Below, one piece after another: positions 1-8,390 of a stretch of 64,000 nucleotides of DNA (its first letter is position 1; each line of letters starts with the position of its first letter). The DNA comes from Candidatus Omnitrophota bacterium (GTDB lineage: Bacteria > Omnitrophota > Gorgyraeia > B26-G9). The stretch is taken from the NCBI GenBank assembly GCA_043805415.1, contig JAZDHZ010000035.1:8557-72556 (forward strand). The letters are read 5' to 3'. The position numbers were made by a program, and so were the translations under genes. Under the pieces are notes generated by a model, which was not told where the DNA came from, made no database searches, and saw only the letters and a list, made by a program, of their open reading frames with translations.

Positions 1-250
1 TTCCTATTTGGTGAAAAATTCCCTTGGAAAAGCTTTGCCCGATGCTAAAAGCAATAAAACTCCAAGCAAAGTTTGAGATTAATCCAGATGCAGCAATTAC
101 GCTTTCCGGAACAAAACCAAGAAAAAATGGACCAATTAATATTCCGATTATAAGATAGGCTGTAATTGCCGGGGTTTTAATTTTTTCAGCTATTTTGGCA
201 GATAAAAGTCCTAAAAGAAGTATTACACTGATGCCGAGAAGGGCATTCAT
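1..250 (-). CDS. Cation:proton antiporter (Na+/H+ exchanger family), N-terminal fragment; gene continues beyond the window edge
   Basis: Reverse-complement of 1..250 translates from ATG (248-250) to MNALLGISVILLLGLLSAKIAEKIKTPAITAYLIIGILIGPFFLG... This is closely parallel to the N-terminus of the 798..1964 antiporter (MNVILAIGIILVCGLLSGKFAEKIKTPAITAYLLLGIVLGPFMLG). Confidence 0.6.
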   Translation of the reverse strand, partial: MNALLGISVILLLGLLSAKIAEKIKTPAITAYLIIGILIGPFFLGFVPESVIAASGLISNFAWSFIAFSIGQSFSKGIFHQIG

Positions 251-724
251 TTATACAAGTCCTTTTTCTTTAAAAATTTTCATCACTATATCAAAAACAC
301 TGATTATTCCAACCAGCTTTTTATCATCATCAACCACAGAAATAGACTCCCGATTATGTAATTGCATAAGATCATATGCTTTTTTAAGATCATCATTTTG
401 ATTTACTTTTACTACTTTTGTATCCATAATATCAGCCATTATAACAAGCAATCCCATACCCTCTTCAATATCTATATTAAATATATCCGTAGGTTCACGA
501 CTGACCATTGATAATGGATTACGCATCAAAAGATCCTGATTATGCGGTTGAAATATTTCAAAAAAACTGCGGATATGCACAACCCCGATTAAAATCCCGT
601 TATTATCAACAACTGGAACTTTCGGAAAACTATGAAAATTTTTGAACATGTTAAGCAGCTGAGTAAGAGTGGTTCCCTGTTTTACAGATAAAATATCTGT
701 TTGCATAATGTTTTTAACCTGCAT
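251..724 (-). CDS. CBS-pair domain protein
   Basis: 157 aa; tandem CBS-like architecture (VKNIMQTD...; VVD...LIGVVHIRS; GIISVFDIV). Paralogous (~75% identity) to 1970..2443. Confidence 0.65.
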   Translation of the reverse strand: MQVKNIMQTDILSVKQGTTLTQLLNMFKNFHSFPKVPVVDNNGILIGVVHIRSFFEIFQPHNQDLLMRNPLSMVSREPTDIFNIDIEEGMGLLVIMADIMDTKVVKVNQNDDLKKAYDLMQLHNRESISVVDDDKKLVGIISVFDIVMKIFKEKGLV

Positions 725-797
725 CCCTACCTCGCATTTTTGGAGACTAAGAAAAGACCAGAATAAAACCCTATAATTTAATTATAGCACAAAACGC

Positions 798-1964
798 TTA
801 ATTATGTATCTGATTAGTTTTATGCAAAGCAAGCTTAACAAAAAAAGGACCAATGATTTCATAGATAACAGTTGTGGCGGCAACGGTTGTAAATATAATA
901 TTGCCAGCTTGCGGAAACTGTTCTTTTGCAATTAGCGCCATACCTAAAGCAACTCCAGCCTGAGGTAAAAGCCCTAGGCTTAAATATTTTTTCACATCAT
1001 CATCTGCTTTAGAAATACGCGCACCAAGGTAGGTCCCGATAAATTTTCCGATTATTCTAAAAATCATATACACAATACCAATGGTTCCAATTTTACCCAG
1101 CAAGTCTATTTCTAAACTAGCGCCGGCTAAAACAAAAAAAATCAAATAAATAGGCCAGTCAATATTATTTAATATATCAAAGAATTTAAAACTCTCATTA
1201 TTAAAATTCACTACAACGGCAGCGAGAAACATTGAAGTAAGTAAAACAGAAAAATGAAAATGCAAAGCAATGCCTGTAGCCACAAAAATAATACCCAATG
1301 TCCAGATTAAAAGATCAGTTTGGTTTTTAAGATACAAACCAATCCGGCTAAGAATAACTCCAAGCACGCCACCCACGACAAAAGACCCGCCGATCTCAAT
1401 CACTGCTCCCATAAGAACACGGCCTAGGCTTGAGGCTAAATGCAAATAAATTGCTTTGGACACAGAAAGGGAAAGAGAAAATATTATTAAGCCCCAGGCA
1501 TCATCAAGAGCAACAACTCCCATTAAAATATCAACAAACTTACCTCTGGCTTTATACTCCCGGACAACCATTATAATCGCCGCCGGCGCGCTGGCTGCGG
1601 CGATTGCCCCAAAGATCAAAGCCATGTATAAAGGAACTTTAAAAAACAATAAACCAACAAGCGTAATCAACCAAGCGCCAACTGCCTCAAGTATAGATAT
1701 CCACATTACTTGCTTACCCACTTGCCTGAAAATTTTGCCTGAAAAATTCTGACCAATGCTGAATGCGATCAAGCTCAAAGCAACATTTGAAATAGTCCCA
1801 GAGACTTTAACTATACTCTCAGAAATAATTCCCAACATAAACGGACCCAAAACAATGCCCAGCAATAAATAAGCCGTGATTGCCGGAGTCTTGATTTTTT
1901 CAGCAAATTTACCTGATAAAAGTCCGCAGACTAGAATTATGCCAATAGCTAAAATAACATTCAT
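798..1964 (-). CDS. Cation:proton antiporter (CPA/Na+-H+ exchanger family) membrane protein
   Basis: 388 aa, ~11 predicted TM segments; N-terminal motif GKFAEKIKTPAITAYLLLGIVLGP typical of Na+/H+ exchanger family. Confidence 0.75.
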   Translation of the reverse strand: MNVILAIGIILVCGLLSGKFAEKIKTPAITAYLLLGIVLGPFMLGIISESIVKVSGTISNVALSLIAFSIGQNFSGKIFRQVGKQVMWISILEAVGAWLITLVGLLFFKVPLYMALIFGAIAAASAPAAIIMVVREYKARGKFVDILMGVVALDDAWGLIIFSLSLSVSKAIYLHLASSLGRVLMGAVIEIGGSFVVGGVLGVILSRIGLYLKNQTDLLIWTLGIIFVATGIALHFHFSVLLTSMFLAAVVVNFNNESFKFFDILNNIDWPIYLIFFVLAGASLEIDLLGKIGTIGIVYMIFRIIGKFIGTYLGARISKADDDVKKYLSLGLLPQAGVALGMALIAKEQFPQAGNIIFTTVAATTVIYEIIGPFFVKLALHKTNQIHN

Positions 1965-1969
1965 TGTAT

Positions 1970-2443
1970 TTAAATCAGTCCTTTTTGATTAAAAATCTTC
2001 ATCACAATATCAAAAACGCTAATAATTCCCACTAGTTTTTTATTTTCATCCACCACTGGAATTGCCATTTTTCCATGCAATTGCATCAAATCATAAGCCT
2101 TTCTAATATCTGCGCTTTGTTCTATTTTTACCAGCTTAGTGTCCATAATATCAGCCATTATCACTAAAAATCCCATGCCTTCTTCAATGTCTATGTTAAA
2201 GATATCGGTAGGTTCGCGGCTGATCATTGACAATGGGTTACGCATCAAAAGATCCTGATTGTGCGGCTGGAATATTTCGAAAAAACTGCGAATATGAACT
2301 GTCCCGACCAAAACCATTTGAGCATCAACAACTGGGACGATCGGGAAACTATGAAAATCCTTAAAGCTAGCAAGCAACTGAGCAAGAGTTGTTCCTCTTT
2401 TAACCGAGCGCACATCAGTTTGCATAATATCCTTAACTTGCAT
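1970..2443 (-). CDS. CBS-pair domain protein (second copy)
   Basis: 157 aa; near-identical architecture to 251..724; sits immediately downstream of the antiporter, as in the first cassette. Confidence 0.65.
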   Translation of the reverse strand: MQVKDIMQTDVRSVKRGTTLAQLLASFKDFHSFPIVPVVDAQMVLVGTVHIRSFFEIFQPHNQDLLMRNPLSMISREPTDIFNIDIEEGMGFLVIMADIMDTKLVKIEQSADIRKAYDLMQLHGKMAIPVVDENKKLVGIISVFDIVMKIFNQKGLI

Positions 2444-2631
2444 ACATTGCTCCTTTGGACTTTTTTTAGGCTAACATATTAAAACAGAATTTTAGCATAT
2501 TTGTTTTGCAAATACAAATAAAACCTGGTTCAAAACACCAGTAATACCCTCACTGATATGGTCACTTAAAGCTGTGAACTAATCTTTTTAAGTATAACTC
2601 TAAACAAACAATCGCTTAAAGCAATTATAGA

Positions 2632-3174
2632 CTAAAGACCTTTAATATTAGTTTCTTTAAGAACGGTTAATAGCTTTTGAGAACTAAAACAGTTCATATA
2701 CCCGACTTGAAGCCCAGTATTGCGCTCGTAAAATCCATAACAATTAGCAAGCGCTGGATCTTGAACAACAGCCACAGAATAGCCCTTCCAATTTGTATGC
2801 TTAATCACTTCTCCAGCAGCGGTCTGATTACCTATCCATAATAAATAAGGCGCGCTCCATAAAACCGCCGCGCTAGGGCCAGGTAAAGATACTCCTTCTT
2901 GATCAATAAAATATTTATCTATAATATAGCTTTTATGATCAGGCAAAAAACCATCCGCTTGAATATCAACTTGATACTGTTTTTTCTCTTTTTTAGTAAA
3001 ACGCAGTTCATGTGTGGTTTTGAGCTGAGCATTTACAGCGTTTAGCGTTGTTTCATATTTCAAATACAATCCATCTTGTAAAGGACTGCCTGATTGCTGA
3101 AAAACCCATAATACCGCAGCTAATACCAGAACAGCTTGCAGAAAAGCAATAAACACAGAGTTAATATTCTTCAT
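2632..3174 (-). CDS. Hypothetical membrane-anchored/secreted protein
   Basis: 180 aa; N-terminal hydrophobic segment (FIAFLQAVLVLAAVLWVF); 4-nt overlap with upstream YkgJ gene suggests co-transcription. Confidence 0.4.
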   Translation of the reverse strand: MKNINSVFIAFLQAVLVLAAVLWVFQQSGSPLQDGLYLKYETTLNAVNAQLKTTHELRFTKKEKKQYQVDIQADGFLPDHKSYIIDKYFIDQEGVSLPGPSAAVLWSAPYLLWIGNQTAAGEVIKHTNWKGYSVAVVQDPALANCYGFYERNTGLQVGYMNCFSSQKLLTVLKETNIKGL

Positions 3175-3581
3175 ATTTTACTTTTCTTATTTCCGCGTTT
3201 TTTTTTACTTTCCAGATAAGCCACTAATTCATCAGGCGTACTAATCAATACTTCGTGATATTCCCCAAAACGCTCACAATTCGGAGCTTTATGCACTTTG
3301 CATTTATCCGGACGCTGTTCGTATATTTTGCACAAATTGTTTTTGCCCAAATACATACACTTGCCCTTAACCCTCAAATACCAATGATGCTGTTTAATAA
3401 ATATGTCGACAGTATCAAAGCGTACCTGCCATTTTAAATCTTCTATTTCCTCTTTAGTCTGAGGTTTGCCAATAGACATCGCAAGATCGCGGCAGCATAT
3501 TGCCGGACACGCCTGACACTCTTTTTGGAAAGTTATTTTATTTGATTTTATCTGCCTCATAATACCCTTTTTTAATTGCAA
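3171..3581 (-). CDS. YkgJ-family Cys-cluster (putative Fe-S/Zn-chelating) protein
   Basis: 136 aa; CQACPAICC motif (CxxCxxCC) plus additional Cys; Lys-rich C-terminus. Confidence 0.55.
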   Translation of the reverse strand: MQLKKGIMRQIKSNKITFQKECQACPAICCRDLAMSIGKPQTKEEIEDLKWQVRFDTVDIFIKQHHWYLRVKGKCMYLGKNNLCKIYEQRPDKCKVHKAPNCERFGEYHEVLISTPDELVAYLESKKKRGNKKSKI

Positions 3582-3636
3582 GCGAATCCGATGATTACAC
3601 CTTAACCGCTTAATGCTTTAAAATAAATATGCATTA

Positions 3637-4326
3637 TTAAACATTAAATCTAATATCCAGCATATCTCCATATTGGATAATATAATCTCGATCAACCAAC
3701 TTTACAAATCCGGCTGCTTTAGCTTCCTGCATATTATGTACAGCTTCAAAATCCTTAAAATTCACTATTTCCGCTTTTATAAATCCGCGGGCAAGGTCTG
3801 AATGAATCTTACCAGCACAAGTCACTGCATCCGAGCCTTTCTTAACCGGCCAGGATCTGACTTCCTGCTTTCCCGCTGTGTAAAAAAACATCATTCCGGC
3901 TTTCTCAAAAGCTTTAGCAATTAAATCATTTATCTCAACCTCGCCATCAACAAACAGCGTCGGTTTTAGACTTAAGGGCGCAAGTTCTTTGATTTTTATA
4001 TATTCTTCAGCGCTAAAATCCATATCACAAGCTGGTACTTCTTTTTCCAAATTCTGCTGACATTTCAACAAAGCCGCTTTTTCTGCCTGATCATTTGAGT
4101 TAGCTATGCGCGTATCAACTTTTTCCATATCCATGATTAAAAAATCAAGGACCTGATCTTTTGCCACCACAATGCAATCAGCATTAATAAAATCTTCTTT
4201 TTTAAATTCCGCGAAAAAAGGGGATATTTTTTTAGGCGTGAATTTTTCTGTAAGCTTAATAATTATTTCATCATTATATTTGATTTTCCCCTCGGGAAGA
4301 TCTAATCCGAAAAAACTAATTTTCAT
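3637..4326 (-). CDS. DUF933 / YchF C-terminal (TGS-like) domain protein lacking the GTPase G-domain
   Basis: 229 aa; C-terminal half resembles the YchF/OLA1 C-terminus (MMFFYTAGKQEVRSWPVKKGSDAVTCAGKIHSDLARGFIKAEIVNFKDF...DYIIQYGDMLDIRFNV). No P-loop (GxxxxGKS) in the N-terminus. Confidence 0.55.
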   Translation of the reverse strand: MKISFFGLDLPEGKIKYNDEIIIKLTEKFTPKKISPFFAEFKKEDFINADCIVVAKDQVLDFLIMDMEKVDTRIANSNDQAEKAALLKCQQNLEKEVPACDMDFSAEEYIKIKELAPLSLKPTLFVDGEVEINDLIAKAFEKAGMMFFYTAGKQEVRSWPVKKGSDAVTCAGKIHSDLARGFIKAEIVNFKDFEAVHNMQEAKAAGFVKLVDRDYIIQYGDMLDIRFNV

Positions 4327-5589
4327 TTATTCAACTCCTTCTTTTTTACTCCATAAAAAAACTTTATCTTTTGGTTTGACAATAAAAGGCAGCTTTATTC
4401 CAACAAGCTCGCCCTTGTTAACAGTATTGACAAATACATGTTTTTGCTGAAGTTCTTGGACAATTGCAAAACTAGCCGGAGTACTTTTCCCGATAAACAA
4501 AAGTTCTTGACCTTTATGTACTGCTTTATTCTGCAAGCGTATTTCAGCAACACTAATTTTTTTAAAAAACTTTACCACTTCCCCTAAAAATTCCTTTTCG
4601 TAAGTATTCCCCAGACCGCTGCTAAATGCTTTCCGCGGCTTGCCAAAATAAAACCCCTTAGAAAACCCGCGATTAAATACTCGGGAAAGCTCTTCTTTTA
4701 ATTTCTTCTTCAAGACTGCAGTAAGCTTACCCGCAAAATACGCGTCAATCGCGGTGCGATAAACACTAGTAACCACTTTAACATATTCCGGAGCTCTGCG
4801 TCTTCCTTCTATTTTAAAACAATCAATCCCCGCTTCGATAAGCTGCTCGATAAAATCAATGCTGCAGAGATCTTTGGCACTAAGCGCATAATCAGTGCCT
4901 AGAATATATTCGCTTTCATTTTCAACATCTTTAATTTGAAATTCTCTGCGGCAATATTGAAAACACTCCCCCCGATTAGCTGATTTAGATGCAGTATAGC
5001 TTGAGAGAAAACATCGGCCTGAGATACTAATACACATCGCGCCATGAATAAAAACTTCAACTTTGCATTTAATATTTTTGCTTTGTTTTTTAGCAATGAT
5101 ATTTTTAATGTCTGCCAAAGTGCATTCCCGCGCCAGAACGATTGTCTTTGCTCCCATTTTGGCAAAAGCTTCAAAAGCACTGCTGTTGGAAATACTTGCT
5201 TGCGTAGATACATGTATCGGAAGCTTTAGTTTTCTAGCAATATTCAGCACTGACAGATCCCAAAGAATCACTCCATCCACGCCAGCTTGTTTTGCCTGGG
5301 TAAGGATTGTCTCTACTTTTTTTAACTCAGACTCCATGATTATAACATTAAGCGCAAGATACCCTTTCTTTTTATGCTTAACTAAAAAAGCCATCACCTT
5401 TTTTAATTCCAGACAATCAAAGTTGCCGGCTAAATTACGCATATTCAAGCCTTTGACTCCAAAATAAACACTGTCCGCTCCATTTTCAACAGCCGTGACA
5501 AGTCCGGACCAATCTCCAGCTGGCGCGACAAGCTCAGGTTTTTTAATTTTTTTTGGAATTCCTATTTGATTGGTTTTTTTAGTTTTCAT
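4327..5589 (-). CDS. Peptidase U32 family protein (collagenase-like; possible Fe-S RNA/quinone hydroxylase type)
   Basis: 420 aa; U32 core (ELVAPAGDW...; GVDGVILWDL); conserved Cys constellation HGAMCISISGRCFLSSYTASKSANRGECFQYC (CX6CX15CX3C). Confidence 0.8.
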   Translation of the reverse strand: MKTKKTNQIGIPKKIKKPELVAPAGDWSGLVTAVENGADSVYFGVKGLNMRNLAGNFDCLELKKVMAFLVKHKKKGYLALNVIIMESELKKVETILTQAKQAGVDGVILWDLSVLNIARKLKLPIHVSTQASISNSSAFEAFAKMGAKTIVLARECTLADIKNIIAKKQSKNIKCKVEVFIHGAMCISISGRCFLSSYTASKSANRGECFQYCRREFQIKDVENESEYILGTDYALSAKDLCSIDFIEQLIEAGIDCFKIEGRRRAPEYVKVVTSVYRTAIDAYFAGKLTAVLKKKLKEELSRVFNRGFSKGFYFGKPRKAFSSGLGNTYEKEFLGEVVKFFKKISVAEIRLQNKAVHKGQELLFIGKSTPASFAIVQELQQKHVFVNTVNKGELVGIKLPFIVKPKDKVFLWSKKEGVE

Positions 5590-5630
5590 TGATTAAAATT
5601 TTTCATGTTGATGGTAAACTAATCCTTGAT

Positions 5631-6350
5631 TTATTTAACTGCACAAAGTGTATTACGAATATTTTCCAGCTTCCCGAAGCAAATTAATTTATCCCCCAGA
5701 GAAATCTTGGTGCGCGCTGGAGGGTTAGGAATAATTGTTCCCTGAGTTTGGACTGCAAGGATTGTTATATCCGCATCCCGCAGTTCTGAATTCATTAAGG
5801 TTTTATCTAATACCGGAGAATCTGGGCAAACTTCAATTTGTGAAATACCATAACCGCCTGTAGCAACAACCAATTCTTCAAAAGAAACTCTTTTAATAAT
5901 CTCATGTTTAATAATCCTCGATCTTAAAAAATTAGTTAATTTCTTGTCAAACCCGCCGTATTTAGCAAGCTTATAACTAGCAAAAATCGCGACAATAATT
6001 ATTCCCAAATTAACCCAAGGAATCAAGCCAGGAGAAAAAATCCCCTGCCATAATGAAATTGTACTTCCTGGTGAAAATAAATTAGGACTTAATGAATTGG
6101 CAAAAGTTGCGACCAAAGTCACAAATCCCGCGTGTCCAATAATAATGAGCACTCCGGCAATCCGCCGCCTTTGCGGATTAGAAGTAATAAGCTCTGATTC
6201 TTTTGTCGTAAAACCTGTACCGGTAAAACAGGACAGAGATTGAAACGTTGCCATGGACCAGTCAAGACCAGTCAGCTCAAACGCTACCGCGCCCAGCCTA
6301 ACAGCAATAAAAGAAACCGCCATCGCGATAATAAACAATAGTACATTCAT
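5631..6350 (-). CDS. Membrane protein with C-terminal TrkA-C/RCK_C domain (putative ion channel/transporter regulatory fusion)
   Basis: 239 aa; N-terminal TM helices and CFTGTGFT pore-like segment; C-terminal RCK_C-like region (ISQIEVCPDSPVLDKTLMNSELRDADITILAVQTQGTIIPNP...GDKLICFG). Confidence 0.45.
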   Translation of the reverse strand: MNVLLFIIAMAVSFIAVRLGAVAFELTGLDWSMATFQSLSCFTGTGFTTKESELITSNPQRRRIAGVLIIIGHAGFVTLVATFANSLSPNLFSPGSTISLWQGIFSPGLIPWVNLGIIIVAIFASYKLAKYGGFDKKLTNFLRSRIIKHEIIKRVSFEELVVATGGYGISQIEVCPDSPVLDKTLMNSELRDADITILAVQTQGTIIPNPPARTKISLGDKLICFGKLENIRNTLCAVK

Positions 6351-6386
6351 ATTTACCTCCGATAAAATTTTTATTATTATATGATC

Positions 6387-6608
6387 CTAAATTTCTTTTC
6401 CAATAACTCCATTTTGTTTTTTATTTAACAACAAAGCTGTTGTCCAGCCAATAATCATCCCCACAGCTAATGTTGAAAATAAAACAATCGCCCGGCTTGT
6501 TGTAAATCCCCAAAATAAAAATTTAATTTCCACTGCTTCATGATTTTGAGCGACAAAAATCACCAATAATAATAATGCAATAATTATAAGCCAAAATTTC
6601 CACTGCAT
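6387..6608 (-). CDS. LapA/DUF1049-like small inner-membrane protein
   Basis: 73 aa; two TM helices; IFVAQNHEAVEIKFLFW resembles the LapA/YciS family motif. Confidence 0.45.
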   Translation of the reverse strand: MQWKFWLIIIALLLLVIFVAQNHEAVEIKFLFWGFTTSRAIVLFSTLAVGMIIGWTTALLLNKKQNGVIGKEI

Positions 6609-6632
6609 ATAAAACTCCTATCAATTTGTACT

Positions 6633-7916
6633 TTAAAACTGCTTTTTAAACTGCAAATAAACTCTATCTTCTTCACTTAGGTTTTCAGCTGTTTTTTCTT
6701 CTGCTGATTTCTGTGTTAATTCTTTTTCCGCGGCAACAGACACTGTATCAGTTATTTTTAGCTGTCCGCCAACAGTCTGGGTAGCCGCAGCTTGTCCAGT
6801 GCCTACTTCCCCAGGCTCAATCTCATAGCTGACCTGGACCTTATCTACTATTGAAGTCTTGACTCCCACACCTTTTGTCTGCCGATTAAAAGACAAGGAA
6901 ATATCACTAAGTCCAATCTGCCGAGCCAGCTGAGTCCCCTTGCCGGCAAAAATAAAATAATCAACAAAATCGCGCACTAAATTTGCTGAGATATTGTCTT
7001 TCCCTAAGCCTAATGATTGACTTCCCCAGCTTCTGCCTGTTGCCAGCATAACCAATAAAAGGTCTTGAGTCAAGGGGGGATAAGAACTTAATATTAGTTT
7101 TGGATTATCGAATGTTCCCTGTAATACAGCACTTATATTTACATCTTCAACCGTTGATCGGCCCCGAATATTAAGTTGCGGCCTTTTTGGATCTGATTCA
7201 AAGACTATTTTACTAGGATCTAGTGTGATAACTGCAGTATTATTACCCGCGGCAATACCTGATTTAAAAACAATTTCTCCGGTTAAAGACATTGCTTCAA
7301 AAAGATCATCGCAGTACATCATTACTGACCCCGCGCATCCGGTAAGATAAAAATTTTCTTTAAAAATCTTATTTATAAAAAACTTGCCTTCCATTGCCAA
7401 ATTTTTCTTTTTCCCGGTTATATGCAAATTAACATCGCTAAACACCCCTGACATTGTGCTAAGAAAACGCTTATTTGTAAACAAATCAATTATTTCACGC
7501 GCGCTGACTTTCTTGGAATAAATATTCAAATCCAATACCCTTTTAGCATAATTACCATAAAAAAGAATCGTATCAGAAAAAGGCAGCTTCAGCCGGCCAT
7601 TATATACATCCAGCGACAAAAGACTCAAGCGGAATTCTTTTAAAGTAATATCAATTCTCTGTACTTTAATCAAAGCTCCGGAAGGAAGTTTTTGGGCATT
7701 TTCAATAAGCACATGATGTAATGATAATTTTGTTCTTAAAGTCCCTTCAGCTTTTTCAAAATTAATATTCCGCGTCTTTAGATACCGGCCTAAAAAAAAA
7801 GTAGCAACAGCCGTAGACCCGTTTGTTGTAAAAAACATGTAATGGCCCACAGCAAGAATAAAAATAGCCGCGATAATAATATTTATCGAAATAAAAGAAA
7901 TATTTTTTATACTCAT
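6633..7916 (-). CDS. Hypothetical N-terminally anchored envelope protein (AsmA/TamB-like?)
   Basis: 427 aa; single N-terminal TM (INIIIAAIFILAVGHYMFF); long predicted periplasmic beta-rich body. Adjacent to the LapA-like gene. Confidence 0.3.
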   Translation of the reverse strand: MSIKNISFISINIIIAAIFILAVGHYMFFTTNGSTAVATFFLGRYLKTRNINFEKAEGTLRTKLSLHHVLIENAQKLPSGALIKVQRIDITLKEFRLSLLSLDVYNGRLKLPFSDTILFYGNYAKRVLDLNIYSKKVSAREIIDLFTNKRFLSTMSGVFSDVNLHITGKKKNLAMEGKFFINKIFKENFYLTGCAGSVMMYCDDLFEAMSLTGEIVFKSGIAAGNNTAVITLDPSKIVFESDPKRPQLNIRGRSTVEDVNISAVLQGTFDNPKLILSSYPPLTQDLLLVMLATGRSWGSQSLGLGKDNISANLVRDFVDYFIFAGKGTQLARQIGLSDISLSFNRQTKGVGVKTSIVDKVQVSYEIEPGEVGTGQAAATQTVGGQLKITDTVSVAAEKELTQKSAEEKTAENLSEEDRVYLQFKKQF

Positions 7917-8279
7917 TATCCCTAAGGTTTTTTAAAAAGCTGTCTATAAGAAAAATTGTCGAAAAATCCGCTTTATTTTATTATACATTAGAGTGGAAAA
8001 AGAAGGCAGGGTTTTTTAATGACAAGATAAACTCAGCGATAATAGCAATCTTTTAATGAGTTAAGCTTTAGACCCGTAGCTTTGCGTCCGCGGATTTCCC
8101 CTGATTTGCCTTTTCGGATATTAAATTTCAAATATAACCCTAAAACAATCTTAATTGCTTTTTAAAACTTATTCAGTAGTGTAGGATTGATTCTAATTTT
8201 TTTCAATATTCGATTTTATAATTTTAAGTATACGCGATTAAATCACTTGAGCTTACGATTATTATTCGCGGTTTATTAC

Positions 8280-8307
8280 TTGACTGTATAAAATAAATCG
8301 ATATACT
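8280..8307 (+). promoter_or_regulatory. Sigma70-like promoter TTGACT-N16-TATACT upstream of pabBC
   Basis: TTGACT at 8280-8285, 16-nt spacer, TATACT at 8302-8307. Confidence 0.35.
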
Positions 8308-8335
8308 GTAATAAGCGCATTATGCATAGGTTCAT

Positions 8336-8368
8336 AACCACCCAGATCCGCGGGGTGGTTTTTTTTAT
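8336..8368 (+). terminator. Intrinsic terminator-like hairpin (AACCACCC / loop / GGGTGGTT) followed by T9, located 23 nt upstream of the pabB ATG
   Basis: 8-bp GC-rich stem 8336-8343 / 8353-8360, then ttttttttattt on the + strand; the upstream gene is on the opposite strand. Confidence 0.5.
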
Positions 8369-8390
8369 TTAACAGCAAAGCACAAAACTA

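Noticed and set aside
1456-1752. 98-aa + strand ORF inside the antiporter gene
   Set aside because: Lies antisense within a well-supported membrane-protein CDS; low-complexity Ala/Thr-rich translation; typical antisense ORF artefact.
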